Assembly (NCBI GenBank): GCA_002269645.1
Contig: NIVC01001003.1
Span: forward strand, 1 to 64,000
DNA: 64,000 nucleotides
Direction: 5' to 3'
DNA from: Macrostomum lignano
Lineage: Eukaryota
The translations under genes and the position numbers were made by a program. Each line of letters opens with the position of its first letter. The stretch's first letter is position 1. The notes below the pieces were generated by a model. It was not told the origin of the DNA, did no database searches, and saw only the letters and a program-made list of their open reading frames with translations. Below are positions 1-10,840 of the stretch, piece after piece.

Positions 1-1362
1 CGTTGAGGCAATTCTGTCCATTCGTTGACTCCTGACACGGGGGTGCACAGCCCCCATCCCCCCAGCTGTCCTCTTCTTCCACGATTCTTTCAGCTTTCTA
101 CAAAATTTTAAGTTAAAATGTGGGCAAAAAGGACATGTAAATAAGCAATGCAGGTAGAGGGATATTTGGATGGCACTCTAAATTTTTTATGCAGCAAAAG
201 CACTTTAAAATTGCAGTATTTAGACTTGCGCAGATTTTCAAGATTTGTCACGTAAAATGTCATTTATAGAAATCATGAGGAAGAACTTGGCCCAACCTAA
301 AAGTTCTAAGCCAAGTCAGAATCTATCGCCCTCTTCATAGAGGCTTTTGAGCAAATTTGTGACGGGCAGACAGGTGCACGACTTATTTGGCAGAACGAAG
401 TGTTGGAGGCGGAGGGAGGGACACAGTTCGTACCGATAATTCCTTGTCCAACTCTCCAACCAAGCTCTGCACTCTCCCAAGCATCATTGTCGCTTCATCG
501 GTAGGCAGCCAGCCTCCAATGCTCAAACCAAGCAAGAAGAAGGCTTATTGCAACTTTTCCCGCCTTGGCAAAGAGAGTGGGAGAGAAAGTGAAGAAGTGA
601 AAGTGGAGGCCAGGTGTCGGCTGCCGCCACCCCGCACCTTCAGACCCAAATGTCACGGAATGCGACAAGGCCCATAGGTGAGAGTTTAGGAGTGGAAGAA
701 CCGAGACCCAGGGCTTGCCCTCCGGCTTCAGAATTCCCAACTACGCCTTAACCTATTCCCCTTCCCCAGCTGAGAGGCAGGTGGAGTCTAATTGGCTGAA
801 GGTGTGATAGACAGAGCGTGTTGAGCACAACCCCCCCCCTAATCTGTATGGAAGCAGAGATGGAAACTGCCTGCAGTGGGAGGATTTGTTGGGCAATTTG
901 CTAATTGTTCACATCAACAAGGAGGCCAGAAGCCACAGAGTTAAGTCACAACTGTAGTCAAAGTTGCTAGACATCAAACTCGAACTAGACGTCGATCGAT
1001 AAAATATTTTCATTCCTTGGCCTTACCTTAATACGAGTAGTTTCAGTTGTCTGAAACTGGTGGAGTTGTGGAAAAGAGTCGCTAACCCAGACTTCTAGCC
1101 ATAGGCCTCCATGACATCGATTATCCAGACGCCTTTACTCCCGGGAGGGAGGCTGACGGACAGCATTCCTGAGCTTAGCACCGAGTGGTTTGCCGTCAAG
1201 ATCGCCCCCCCCCTCCCTGTCAAAACGCGAGAAACACGGGCTCACTGGAAATGGCTGGAAGCTGTTTTGCCCGCCCATGAAGAATGCCATTCCGCAGCCT
1301 ATAGATACGAATTCACCTGTTGCAGGCTTGGCCAGGCATTTTGAGAAGACCAGCGCAATTAA

Positions 1363-4300
1363 ATGGCAGCTGGGGCAGCCGCTGCGCTGCTGGCGTTGCT
1401 GCTTCACCTGTCGGACGCGATGCGAATCGGTGAGTAATCGAAGTTGGGTCTTTGTTGCCCTTTAAGTAGGCTGCGTCAGTACAAGAAATCTTATATTCCT
1501 TTTTTCGGCAGCAAACGCGCTGGAGACTCTGGCGGAGTCGCCACCAGTCCAGCTGCCGCCCGTCATCACCAAGCACCCCCCGATGCAGGTGGTGGCCGCT
1601 CCCGGCGAGCCGCTGCGTCTAGATTGCGTCGCGGTCGCTCCGGGACTCGAATTTTTGACCTACTGGTGGCGGCGAAACGGCGTCTCAATTGGAAACGTGA
1701 CAACGGCGAAGGCGGACAGAACCAACAAGGGAGCTCCGCTGAGCCTGGCTTCGCCGTCAACAGCCGACGAGGGCGACTATCAGTGCTTCGCCTCCAACAG
1801 CCTCGGCACCGCCGTCACACACAAGACTTCGCTGCGGCTGGCCACCTTAGAATCGTTTCCTCGTGTGCCCCGAACGGCAACGCTGATGGAGCGACTCGAG
1901 GGCGAGAGTCTCCGCCTGCCCTGCCAACCGCCGGCCTCCCTGCCGCCCGCAACGGTCATGTGGCATCGAATCGACGACGGCGCGGCCGGCCGAATGAGCA
2001 CGCCGCCGGTCTCGAACCGGGTGGCCATCGATCCGACGGACGGTTCGCTGCTGTTCGCCAACCTTCTACCCAGCGATGGCAACGCGCGCTACCAGTGCGG
2101 CGCCAGAAATGACGTCGTACGACGCACGGTTGAGGGCGCGTCCTACCGGCTGCTGGTTCGACCAGATGAAGGCCGTCAGACTCGGCGCCGCCCAGCAGTC
2201 CTGATGGCCCAGAGCGAGCCCCGGCCAGTGCTGCTGACCAACGAGACCGTCGCGGACCTGTTCTGCTTCTTTGCCGGCCTGCCGACGCCCAACATCAGCT
2301 GGACTCGAGCTGACGGCAGCGCCCTTGAGATGCGCACTTCTTTGCCATCATCGGCTCCTCTATTTCGACTACTGGAGTCGAACACGCGACTTCAGTTGCT
2401 GGGCACCAGGGCGGACAAACACGCTGGCGGCTACCGGTGCACTGGCGAGGTTGGCGACGGTTGGTCGAGTTCAGCAAAGTCTGGCAACAGCAGCGGCAAA
2501 TTTGAAGTGTCGGTGGTCAGTCCGCCGCGCTGGCTTGAAGCGCCGGCCAACGCGGCAGTGGCAGAAGGCGACTCTCACTCGTTTGCTTGCCGGACATCAG
2601 CCTCTGAGGGCCTGCCTCGATGGTTTGTGAATGGCCAGCCCTCTGACTTGGACGGCCGAGCCACCAGAATCGGCCAGCGACTTCTGTTTGTCAACCTGAG
2701 CCGCGACGACTCACTGGTGGTGCAGTGCAACAGCAGCAACAGGCACGGCTACGTGTTCGCCAACGCCTACCTCCGCGTGGTTTGGGAGCCGCCGGTGATC
2801 ACCCGGCCGCCAGGACGTCTGCTGGCTTCGGCTGGCGCCGATCTGCGCATCCCGTGTCGAACGTTTGCGGCGCCGAAGCCGACCGTGACTTGGATGCTGG
2901 ACGACAGATCGCTGGACGACGCCGGGTCCATGGAAGGCGGCCGGTTGGAAGTTCAAGACAATGGCGACATGCTGATTCGCAGCCTAGAGATGCGCGACTC
3001 CGGCACTTACCGGTGTCGCGCCAGCAATCGATTCGGTGCCGTCTCTGCAGTTGGTCAGCTGACTGTGCGAATGGCCACCCGAATCAGCGCACCGCCGCCC
3101 GAGCACCTGAGAGTTGTCGAAGGCGCACCAGTTCGCCTGGACTGCCGGGCCGACACGGATCCGGCAGAGCGGCACCGACTCACCGTGGCGTGGAAGCTCG
3201 ACGGTCGCCCGGTAGAGACGTCGGTTACTTCAGAATCTGGCAGCAGCGAACTGAGGATCGCATCGACAAGTCCCGCAGATTCGGGTGTGTACACCTGTGT
3301 AGCGGCAAATGGTCTCGACTCAGACAATCGCAGCACGCGACTAGTCGTTCAGGGTCGGCCGGGAGCTCCACCGGCACCTCTGCAGATTGACTGCTCGGCG
3401 ATTGGTGCAGCAACACCGAGTGCGCATCTCACCTGGCCACCGGCGCCTGACAATAACTCGCCGATTCAGCGGTACTCAGTCGAGTTCAAAACGCAGTATT
3501 CTAGCATAGGTGACTGGCAACCAGCCGAGGTGCTTAACAACCCAGTTGCCGGCGACGAAACGTCCGCTACAGTGCAGTTGCGCCCAGGGCTTGATTATCA
3601 ATTTCGCGTGCGAGGCATCAACGCCGTGGGTCCTGGGGCAGCGTCTGATGCGGCTCGAGCTGGCTCAGCCTGCCGGTTGGCGCCAACCAGACCGGCACGA
3701 CATCCGGGTGGCTTGCGAGTTGAGCCTGGCAGCGCACCTGGAGGCTTAGCCATTATCTGGGAGCCTCTGACGCCCTTAGAGTACGGTGGCGACGGGCTGA
3801 GATACTTACTCAGAATTTCATGCCTTGACTGTAGCGAGACACCTAGCAACCAAGTGAACGAAACCGTAGTCTCCGATACGAAAAAGTCGAGGCTTGAACT
3901 GACCGAGCTTGTCTGGAGCGGCGCGATCAAGCCGGTAGAAACCTACCGAATGTATCGGGCGCAGATTCGCGCCGCAAACGCGTTCGGAGAGGCAACTTCA
4001 GACACGCCTCCAGAAGCCACAGGACGCTCCGGAGAGATGCCACCAACGGTGGCGCCCAGCCACTTCCACATAGCTTCGATAGACCCAAGATCCTGGAGCG
4101 TCGTCGAGCTTGCCTGGAGCCTGGATCGCAATCCGGCGGCAGATTCGCGGGTTCGCGGCTTCTATCGCGGCTTCCGCGCAGTCTGGTGCGCGGTGGCGCA
4201 GCTCAACGTCACTCCGACTGACGGCAACGGCTGTCTCGGCCAGACGCGGTTTCAAGATTTCATTTACCGACAGCCAGCCGCCGAGGGAGCTACGACTCCC

Positions 4301-7012
4301 GAAGCTTCGGCGGCCACCTCTGCCGCGACGCAACCGGTGCAGTTTACGGGCCGACTCGTTGGACTGCCGGGCTTCTCCAACATTCGAGCCTGGTTGCATC
4401 TCCTGAACCTGCGCTACGCCGGCCCGCCCAGCCAATCTTTGGATTTTCGCACTCCGGAGGGCACTCCTGGCCAGGTGGGCGAGTTTGTCCTGTCACTCAC
4501 CGGCGCCAGTCACCTGGAATTCGACTGGCTGCCACCGCGTGAACCGAACGGCAAAGTTGTAGGCTATCAACTATCGTACAGAGAGGTGACCGGCCTGCCA
4601 ATGGGTCCGCTGGTCGCCGCGCCAGTCATCAATGACCCCTCGCAGCTGCGTGGCGCCCTCACAGGCCTGTCGCCGAACACCAACTACCGGGTGTACATTC
4701 GGGCTCGAACAGCCACTGGAGACGGCGAGGCAACGTTCCTGGATGCGCGCACCGCGCCGCCAAACTCTGCGCCGGTAGCAGCAGCGTCAGCGGCCTCAGC
4801 GGTTCCTGTAGGAAACGAAGCCCTGAACGTGTCTGTAGTCCTGCCACCAGCCCGAATGCGGGCCTTCTACGTCCAGTACCGCCAGCTCGGCGATGCCGAC
4901 CGGCCCTTGGACGAAACGTGGCGAGAAACTCAGCGCGAGGTCCGCCGACGATGGCTGCTAATTGACAACTTGAGCCGCGGGGTGAAATACGAAATTCGAG
5001 TCGTCATGCTCACTGGCTCCGCCTCGGCTGTCTACACTGAGTCTATGCGGGTGCGCACCGGCGGCTCCGGTGGCGATGGCAGCGGCCTGTTGAAGGCCTC
5101 GACGGCCACCTGGCTCGGGAGTGTCGCCCTGCTACTGTTGCTGTTTCTGCTTGGCACCGCGCTTGTGTTTTACTGTTTGGCTCGGCGGCGAGGCCGTCAC
5201 GGTGGTCGACAAGGTGGCGACTACCGTAAGACACAGTGCGATAAGTTCATGACAGCTGGGAGCTTTCAGTACTTCAAGCTGGGAACTCACTCAGTACTTG
5301 AATCTGGGAACTCACTCAGTATTTCAATCTGGGAACTCACTCAGTACTTCAACCTGGGAACTCACTCAGTACTTCAAGCTGGGAACTCACTCAGTACTTC
5401 AATCTGGGAACTCACTCAGTACTTCAATCTGGGAACTCACTCAGTACTTCAAGCTGGGAACTCACTCAGTACTTCAACCTGGGAACTCTCAGTACCTTGA
5501 GCTGGGATTCCTAAGGATTTTTTAAAGCAAATGTCAACAGACTGTATTTTTTCCCGAGCTGCTCGACCGATAAAATTAGCTCGTGACAGACGAAAACCGT
5601 GGAGAAGGCAAATGCAGACTAATCAAGATGGAGAGAGCGTACTTATCTGAGATATTTGCTCGCCAAACTTTGCTTTAAAGTGTTAGGAAAAAAGTCGCAA
5701 TGAAATTCTTGTCAAGCCAAATCTTATCGAAGCCCGCGGCTAACAATTCATTCACTCCGTTAGCAGCATGGCAGTCGGTTTTACAGTTTGTTTGCCAACC
5801 AACCGACTGAAAAAAACTAACTTTGTTTGCTTGCACAGACCGAGGCAAGCCCGTGGCAACTTCGACAGCGCAAGAGGCGGCGTCGGGCGCGTTGGCGGCG
5901 GCATCGCCGGCGCAGGACGACTGCGGCGAATTCACGGGCACTCAGCTGCACTGCATGCGGTCGCCGCAGCAGCAGCAGTTCGCTCATCGACTCTCACCCG
6001 AGGGCTCCAAGTCCTACGCGTTCACAGGTTTGTCTGCGTTTGTTATCATTCAGTTTGAGGGACAACTGACGCTACATTAGTTGCGTGTAAACTACTGTCA
6101 GTTCAGTAGAATTTAAGAAGAATTTAAACGTATTTTTAAAGCCGAGGCTCATTTATTGGCTCTCTCATACCCCCCCCCAGCTTAAACCCTCCAACCCAGC
6201 CTTTTCACACTACCCCCCGCCCCGCCCAAATTTTTATTGCCTTTCTCGGAATTCCAGCCTAAAGCGGCCATGTACGAGCACTCGTACATGAGCACATTTC
6301 AGTGGACTGGCTAGTGTACACTATGGCTGAACCAATTAGCAAGTTGTTTACGTCTAAGCTTCTAAACTTATCAAAGTCATTTCAGCTGCCTTTATTCTTA
6401 TAAAATAGTTGATGTATTCCTCTTTGCTACTGAACTGAAAGTAGAAAGCCGTTTTACTAAGTAGATATGCCTGAGTGGCCCTTCGAGTTACTCTAGTATC
6501 TGTGGTCTAGACAAATGTCAAGAGATTACGTCACGATAGTGATCTTTTTGATAACGATTCGATGCCGAAGATCCGATAATCCGGGAATTTTGGTCCCGTC
6601 CCAGTCCAATCAAACATTATCATGCCAATAAGCTCATTTCTAAGAAACGAGGTGTCCTTTTTCTTGTTTTTTCTAGTGATCGTTGCATCCATTGTGCCAA
6701 GTTGCGCGTCTAACTTGTTAACCGTATACTGTTGTTACAGACACATCCTACCTCACACTTGGTAACCATGGCAACGAAAAATTGGCTAATTTTGGCGTGA
6801 CAGTCGGCTGCAACGGCGGGGGCGGCTATTCGACAATCCGCGGACCTCCTGTCATCCCCGTCGCTGCCGACTTCCCGCTAGGTCGACAGACGGCTGCCGC
6901 ATACAGACAGGGCGGCGGCGCACCGCTGCTGCTCCCCCAGTGGCCGCAGGCGAATGGCGCCGACATCGCCCCGGTTGACGGCAATGGCTGTCAGGCCACC
7001 AGCATTATTTAA
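1363..7012 (+). CDS. Nrg: L1CAM/neuroglian-family cell adhesion molecule (signal peptide, 6 Ig, 5 FN3, TM, cytoplasmic tail); exons 1363-1429, 1512-5225, 5839-6027, 6741-7012
   Basis: ORF 1583-5500 has six Ig domains with paired Cys (e.g. EGDYQCFASNSLGTA, DSGTYRCRASNRFG, NSSNRHGYVFANAYLRV), five FN3 repeats and a TM segment followed by RRRGRHGGRQGGDY, comparable to L1 KRxKGGKY. Exon 1 encodes the signal peptide MAAGAAAALLALLLHLSDA. All three GT-AG junctions are phase 1 and keep the frame. The end of the supplied ORF runs into intronic repeat. Confidence 0.9.
5268..5500. repeat. 25-bp minisatellite (CTGGGAACTCACTCAGTACTTCAAT)n in Nrg intron 2
   Basis: About 9 tandem units read directly; lies just after the GTAAG donor at 5226. 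Confidence 0.9.
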
Positions 7013-7995
7013 TGTTTTTATTAAATCAACAACTTTACGGGTATTACTTCTACTGTAAGTAGAGAATAAAGAAAACAGTTAGATAATTTTGCTAGTAAAG
7101 GCAGTAAAAGCGGCTATAGATAACCATCGGCTCTTTAAGTCGCGTTTCATCAGTGAAAGTACATTTGGGCAAGCGCAATAGAAAATCTTGACAAAAATTA
7201 ACCAATGAATAGAAATCCGATCAAAGTGCGCTACTTTAAGTAGTGAGATAAATAATTATTGAATATTGTACAAAAAATGACTGTTTACAGATGCTTTTCC
7301 GCAGTAAACCCTGCTGCTCTTTCCATTCTATCATTTGTGCGTATTTATAATTAGATTTTTTGCCTGAGTTTTCATTCTCTTCAGTTGAATCAATCAAGCT
7401 TGTCGTTTCCGCCCATTGTACGCGATCGTAATCTTTTGTGTTCCGTGCTTTGCAATAAAATCCGATTTACAATATCCTGTTATTTTTGTCTGCAAAGGAT
7501 TGTTGTGTATTAAAAAATAAAACAGTTTTTCAATTGATCGTTGACATCGTTGACTTTTTTAAACGAAGTTTAAGAAAATTCAAGGTCATAGCAGACCGGC
7601 GAATCAAAAGATACAAAAAAGCAGAACACGCCAAGAAATGAGTCCTACTGCTAGATATCCCAAGAGGCCAAGTTTAGAAGATCCAGAGCATTATAAAACT
7701 GATAGCAACTGAAGATTGCAATACAATACCGCTGTGACAACGGGTACCCTTCCCTCCCTATCACCGATAAGCGCAAAAAGGCAGAGAAAGTTGCAACTAA
7801 AAAAGTCAGCACTGGCTTCTGCCTGGCTGAAACACACTGTTGCCAATGCAGATCGATAAGACTGCACGGCTACATAAAGCGCGCGCATGCTTTGAGATTG
7901 CCAATCAAACTGATTGAAATTCACGACGTTTTTCAGGTGACAGCTCCCGTACAGTTTCTGTTGTCGACCGACTCTGCCTACTCAGGTGCTACTAA

Positions 7996-9426
7996 ATGTC
8001 GCTGGTAAATATCTATCTCCATCTAACACTGCTGCTGCTGTCGCTTCTTCAGCTGGTTGTCATGACAACCTGCGCTGTGAATATCAGCCAGCCGTTAGTC
8101 GAGCCAGCCGTTCCCGCGGGCCAGCGCAGCCTGCTGGACGATCTGACCCGCCTGGTGGCCGACGGCGGCTCCATTCGCGTTGATCCCGCTGGACGCCGGC
8201 TGCTGGAGGCCGATCCCGATTCTCTGCAACGAGCCGTGGCCAATCAAAGACTAGCGGTCACCTCAGCGACGCCGGCGGTCTTAAAACTCATGGCCGGCCT
8301 AGCAGCCGCCGTGTCCCAACCCATGGCCACTCTGGACGCTTGTCTGGTCTGGCGTCGAACAGAGTCGGCCAGCGTGACAGCTGGTGTCAATCGCGACGGC
8401 CTGTACTTTTTGACGCTGTTCCACTCGTCGGTTTGGTCAATGCTGCTGCTGTGCCTGCTGCTGACGATTTCGATTCTGACGATCTTGGAGGCGGTCCACC
8501 CGATAGGCATGCGCTCGCCCCGCGCCAGACGGTTGAGCCGAGGCGGCGGCGACAAGCCGATTGGCGCCTTCCACGCACTGGCGTTCTCTACGGCCGCCCT
8601 ACTGATGGTCGGCTATCCGCGCACTCCAAAGAGCACCGCCGGCCGAGTTTTAGGCGTCTTCTGGTGGCTATTTGCCTTCAGCATCGCTGTGGCTTACCTG
8701 TCAGCCACCGTGTTAGTCTTCCTGACCACCCAGAGCGAGCCTGTGCAGTCCAGCGCTGGTCTAGTCGATGTGTTGAGCTCAAACCAGTCAGCCGGACGGA
8801 CAGTCCTCTGCGCGGCCGGTGAACCGCTTTGCAGCGACTGGGCTCGTCCGGAACAGTTGGCCCTGGCCAACTTTACCGAGGTGCCGTCTGATTCGGCTGG
8901 ACTCGAACAGCTGCTCCAGCAGCAGAGCTCGGCTGAGCAGCCATTGCTTCTACTTACACATCAGTTTGCTTGCGCCAATCTGATGGCTGTTGATACTAAT
9001 CAGAGCTACTCGGTCGGAATCCTGGCCAAGTCGGTTGCCTGGGTTGGCTTGGCCGGACCGTTGGATCTGGTGCGCCAGGCTGATGCAAAGATTGTTGAGG
9101 TGCTGGCGGCTGGGCGAATTGCTGAGCTTGGAAGGCAGCACGGGCTAGCGGGTGTTGAGATTTATAACGAAGTTGACGCCACTGGGAGAGGTCTGGTTGG
9201 CGAATGGCTGTCGGAGCTCCGGTTAGGCCTACCGTATCGCATCGGTTCGTTTTATGGCCCGCTGATTCTGCTGCTAGTTGGCTTCGGATTGACGCTGTGC
9301 ACAACCATTAGCGAGTTTTGCTATTATCGTTTCTTTTTCGAGCCAGAAGAGGAAGATGCGGAGGAAGCACTTGCGAAGAAGGAAAGCGACGTCTCCGTTG
9401 ATGCCACAATGGACACTTACCTGTAG
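7996..9426 (+). CDS. Intronless, divergent ionotropic glutamate receptor-like / variant IR (no N-terminal domain), 476 aa
   Basis: Signal peptide; S1-end-like SQPMATLDACLVWRR; M1 (FLTLFHSSVWSMLLL); re-entrant loop followed by PKSTAGRVLGVFWWLFAF, comparable to PRSLSGRIVGGVWWFF; M3; S2 region; M4 (FYGPLILLLVGFGL); C-terminal DTYL. Confidence 0.75.
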   Translation: MSLVNIYLHLTLLLLSLLQLVVMTTCAVNISQPLVEPAVPAGQRSLLDDLTRLVADGGSIRVDPAGRRLLEADPDSLQRAVANQRLAVTSATPAVLKLMAGLAAAVSQPMATLDACLVWRRTESASVTAGVNRDGLYFLTLFHSSVWSMLLLCLLLTISILTILEAVHPIGMRSPRARRLSRGGGDKPIGAFHALAFSTAALLMVGYPRTPKSTAGRVLGVFWWLFAFSIAVAYLSATVLVFLTTQSEPVQSSAGLVDVLSSNQSAGRTVLCAAGEPLCSDWARPEQLALANFTEVPSDSAGLEQLLQQQSSAEQPLLLLTHQFACANLMAVDTNQSYSVGILAKSVAWVGLAGPLDLVRQADAKIVEVLAAGRIAELGRQHGLAGVEIYNEVDATGRGLVGEWLSELRLGLPYRIGSFYGPLILLLVGFGLTLCTTISEFCYYRFFFEPEEEDAEEALAKKESDVSVDATMDTYL

Positions 9427-10840
9427 TAAATTTTCCGGTGTACATGTGTGGTGTTTATTTTTCAAGTTTTATCATTTTGTGCTGATTAAAATGATACTTT
9501 CAAAAAATATTTATGGAAGAAAAGTTTCTTCATATATTGTTTTTTAGCACGACACATGTCTTAGCTCGTGTATTTGTAGACAAAATCGAAAATTTGTGCA
9601 GCAATCATACATGCCATTCGTATGATTTAATAACAATGTTAGACTGAGATAAGCGATGTTGGTTGTCTTTCGAAACCGGCAAATGAAACAAGAAAATAAT
9701 GGCTTAATTTTTTATAAAAATAGGTTATGGTGGTAATTGTAATTACATGTACATGTATAGTGCCTTTTTGCCAGTAGTGCAGTTAAAATCTTAATGCATT
9801 ATTGCTATTCCTTCTATCAAATATTCGTATCGAGTCAACAAAATGGCTTCGACTTATTGGCCTTAATCCATACTTGTGGATCCATCATGTGGATGCATGA
9901 TCCGTTTGCGGTTTTTCCCAAACTTGAAATTAAATCCGTAAGTTTAAGTAACGTTAACAACAAACAAAGAAATCTAAAATATTTTTAATTTTCGGTTAAA
10001 AACAAAAAAGCATTATCAATTTTTGTTTTTAAATTAAAAAAAAGTAATCCCCATCTAAAGCCTTACAAAATATATTGAAGAATGAGGTTTCGTAGCGTAC
10101 ATTCAACAAAGAAATTCGTATACTATTTAACATATTCTATTGAAAGCATTATTCCAAACCCTAGGCATGATGCGATAGTGGATACAATACTCTTATGCTC
10201 GTGGTGTCGTGCTTGTGTTACGTTTTCAATATAGTTAATAATAAGTTAATCAGTTATTTGTTCGATTCGACTACTGACTGGCAAAGTCATGTTTGCATAT
10301 TTGGTGAAAGCATTTTCATTCGATCCATTTGATACTACAGAAGTCTTCCAAGCAGGTACGTTTGTTTTCTACTTTGTTTGGAAGTTGAATCTGCATCAGT
10401 GTTATATCTTAAATAGTATAACTTTTATCATATTTAATTTAGACTTTTTTAAGTATACACTATGACAAGATTAGAATAGTATATTTAAATAATAATGCTA
10501 AAACTATAAAAGTGAATACAACTAAAAAATCTTGTTTAACGTTTTTCATTTAACAAAGCTTTATTTTAATTTTAAATTTAAATAAAGTCTAAGAAGTCAA
10601 CAGTTAAGCCTATTTTTTATTTTATATAAATCTCATAGTAACTGGTACTTAATATAATATTACAGATTTTTTAGGCACTCTTGCTTTATTATAGAGTGTA
10701 TTTGTTGATTCTTATAGTTCAATGTTATATATACCAATTGTTTATAAATCAAAAATTTTTAGAGTGCATTGTTTATTACCTGATAAATCATTTTGATCTT
10801 TTTACTATGGAGTTGCCTCACATTTTTAACAGCCCGAACC

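Noticed and set aside
387-760. Short ORFs at the window start, possibly a retroelement remnant
   Set aside because: No recognisable motif or splice structure.
5226-5500. C-terminal 90 aa of the 1305-aa ORF (ELTQYFNLGTHS repeats)
   Set aside because: Read-through into an intronic 25-bp repeat after a GTAAG donor; a phase-compatible downstream exon exists.
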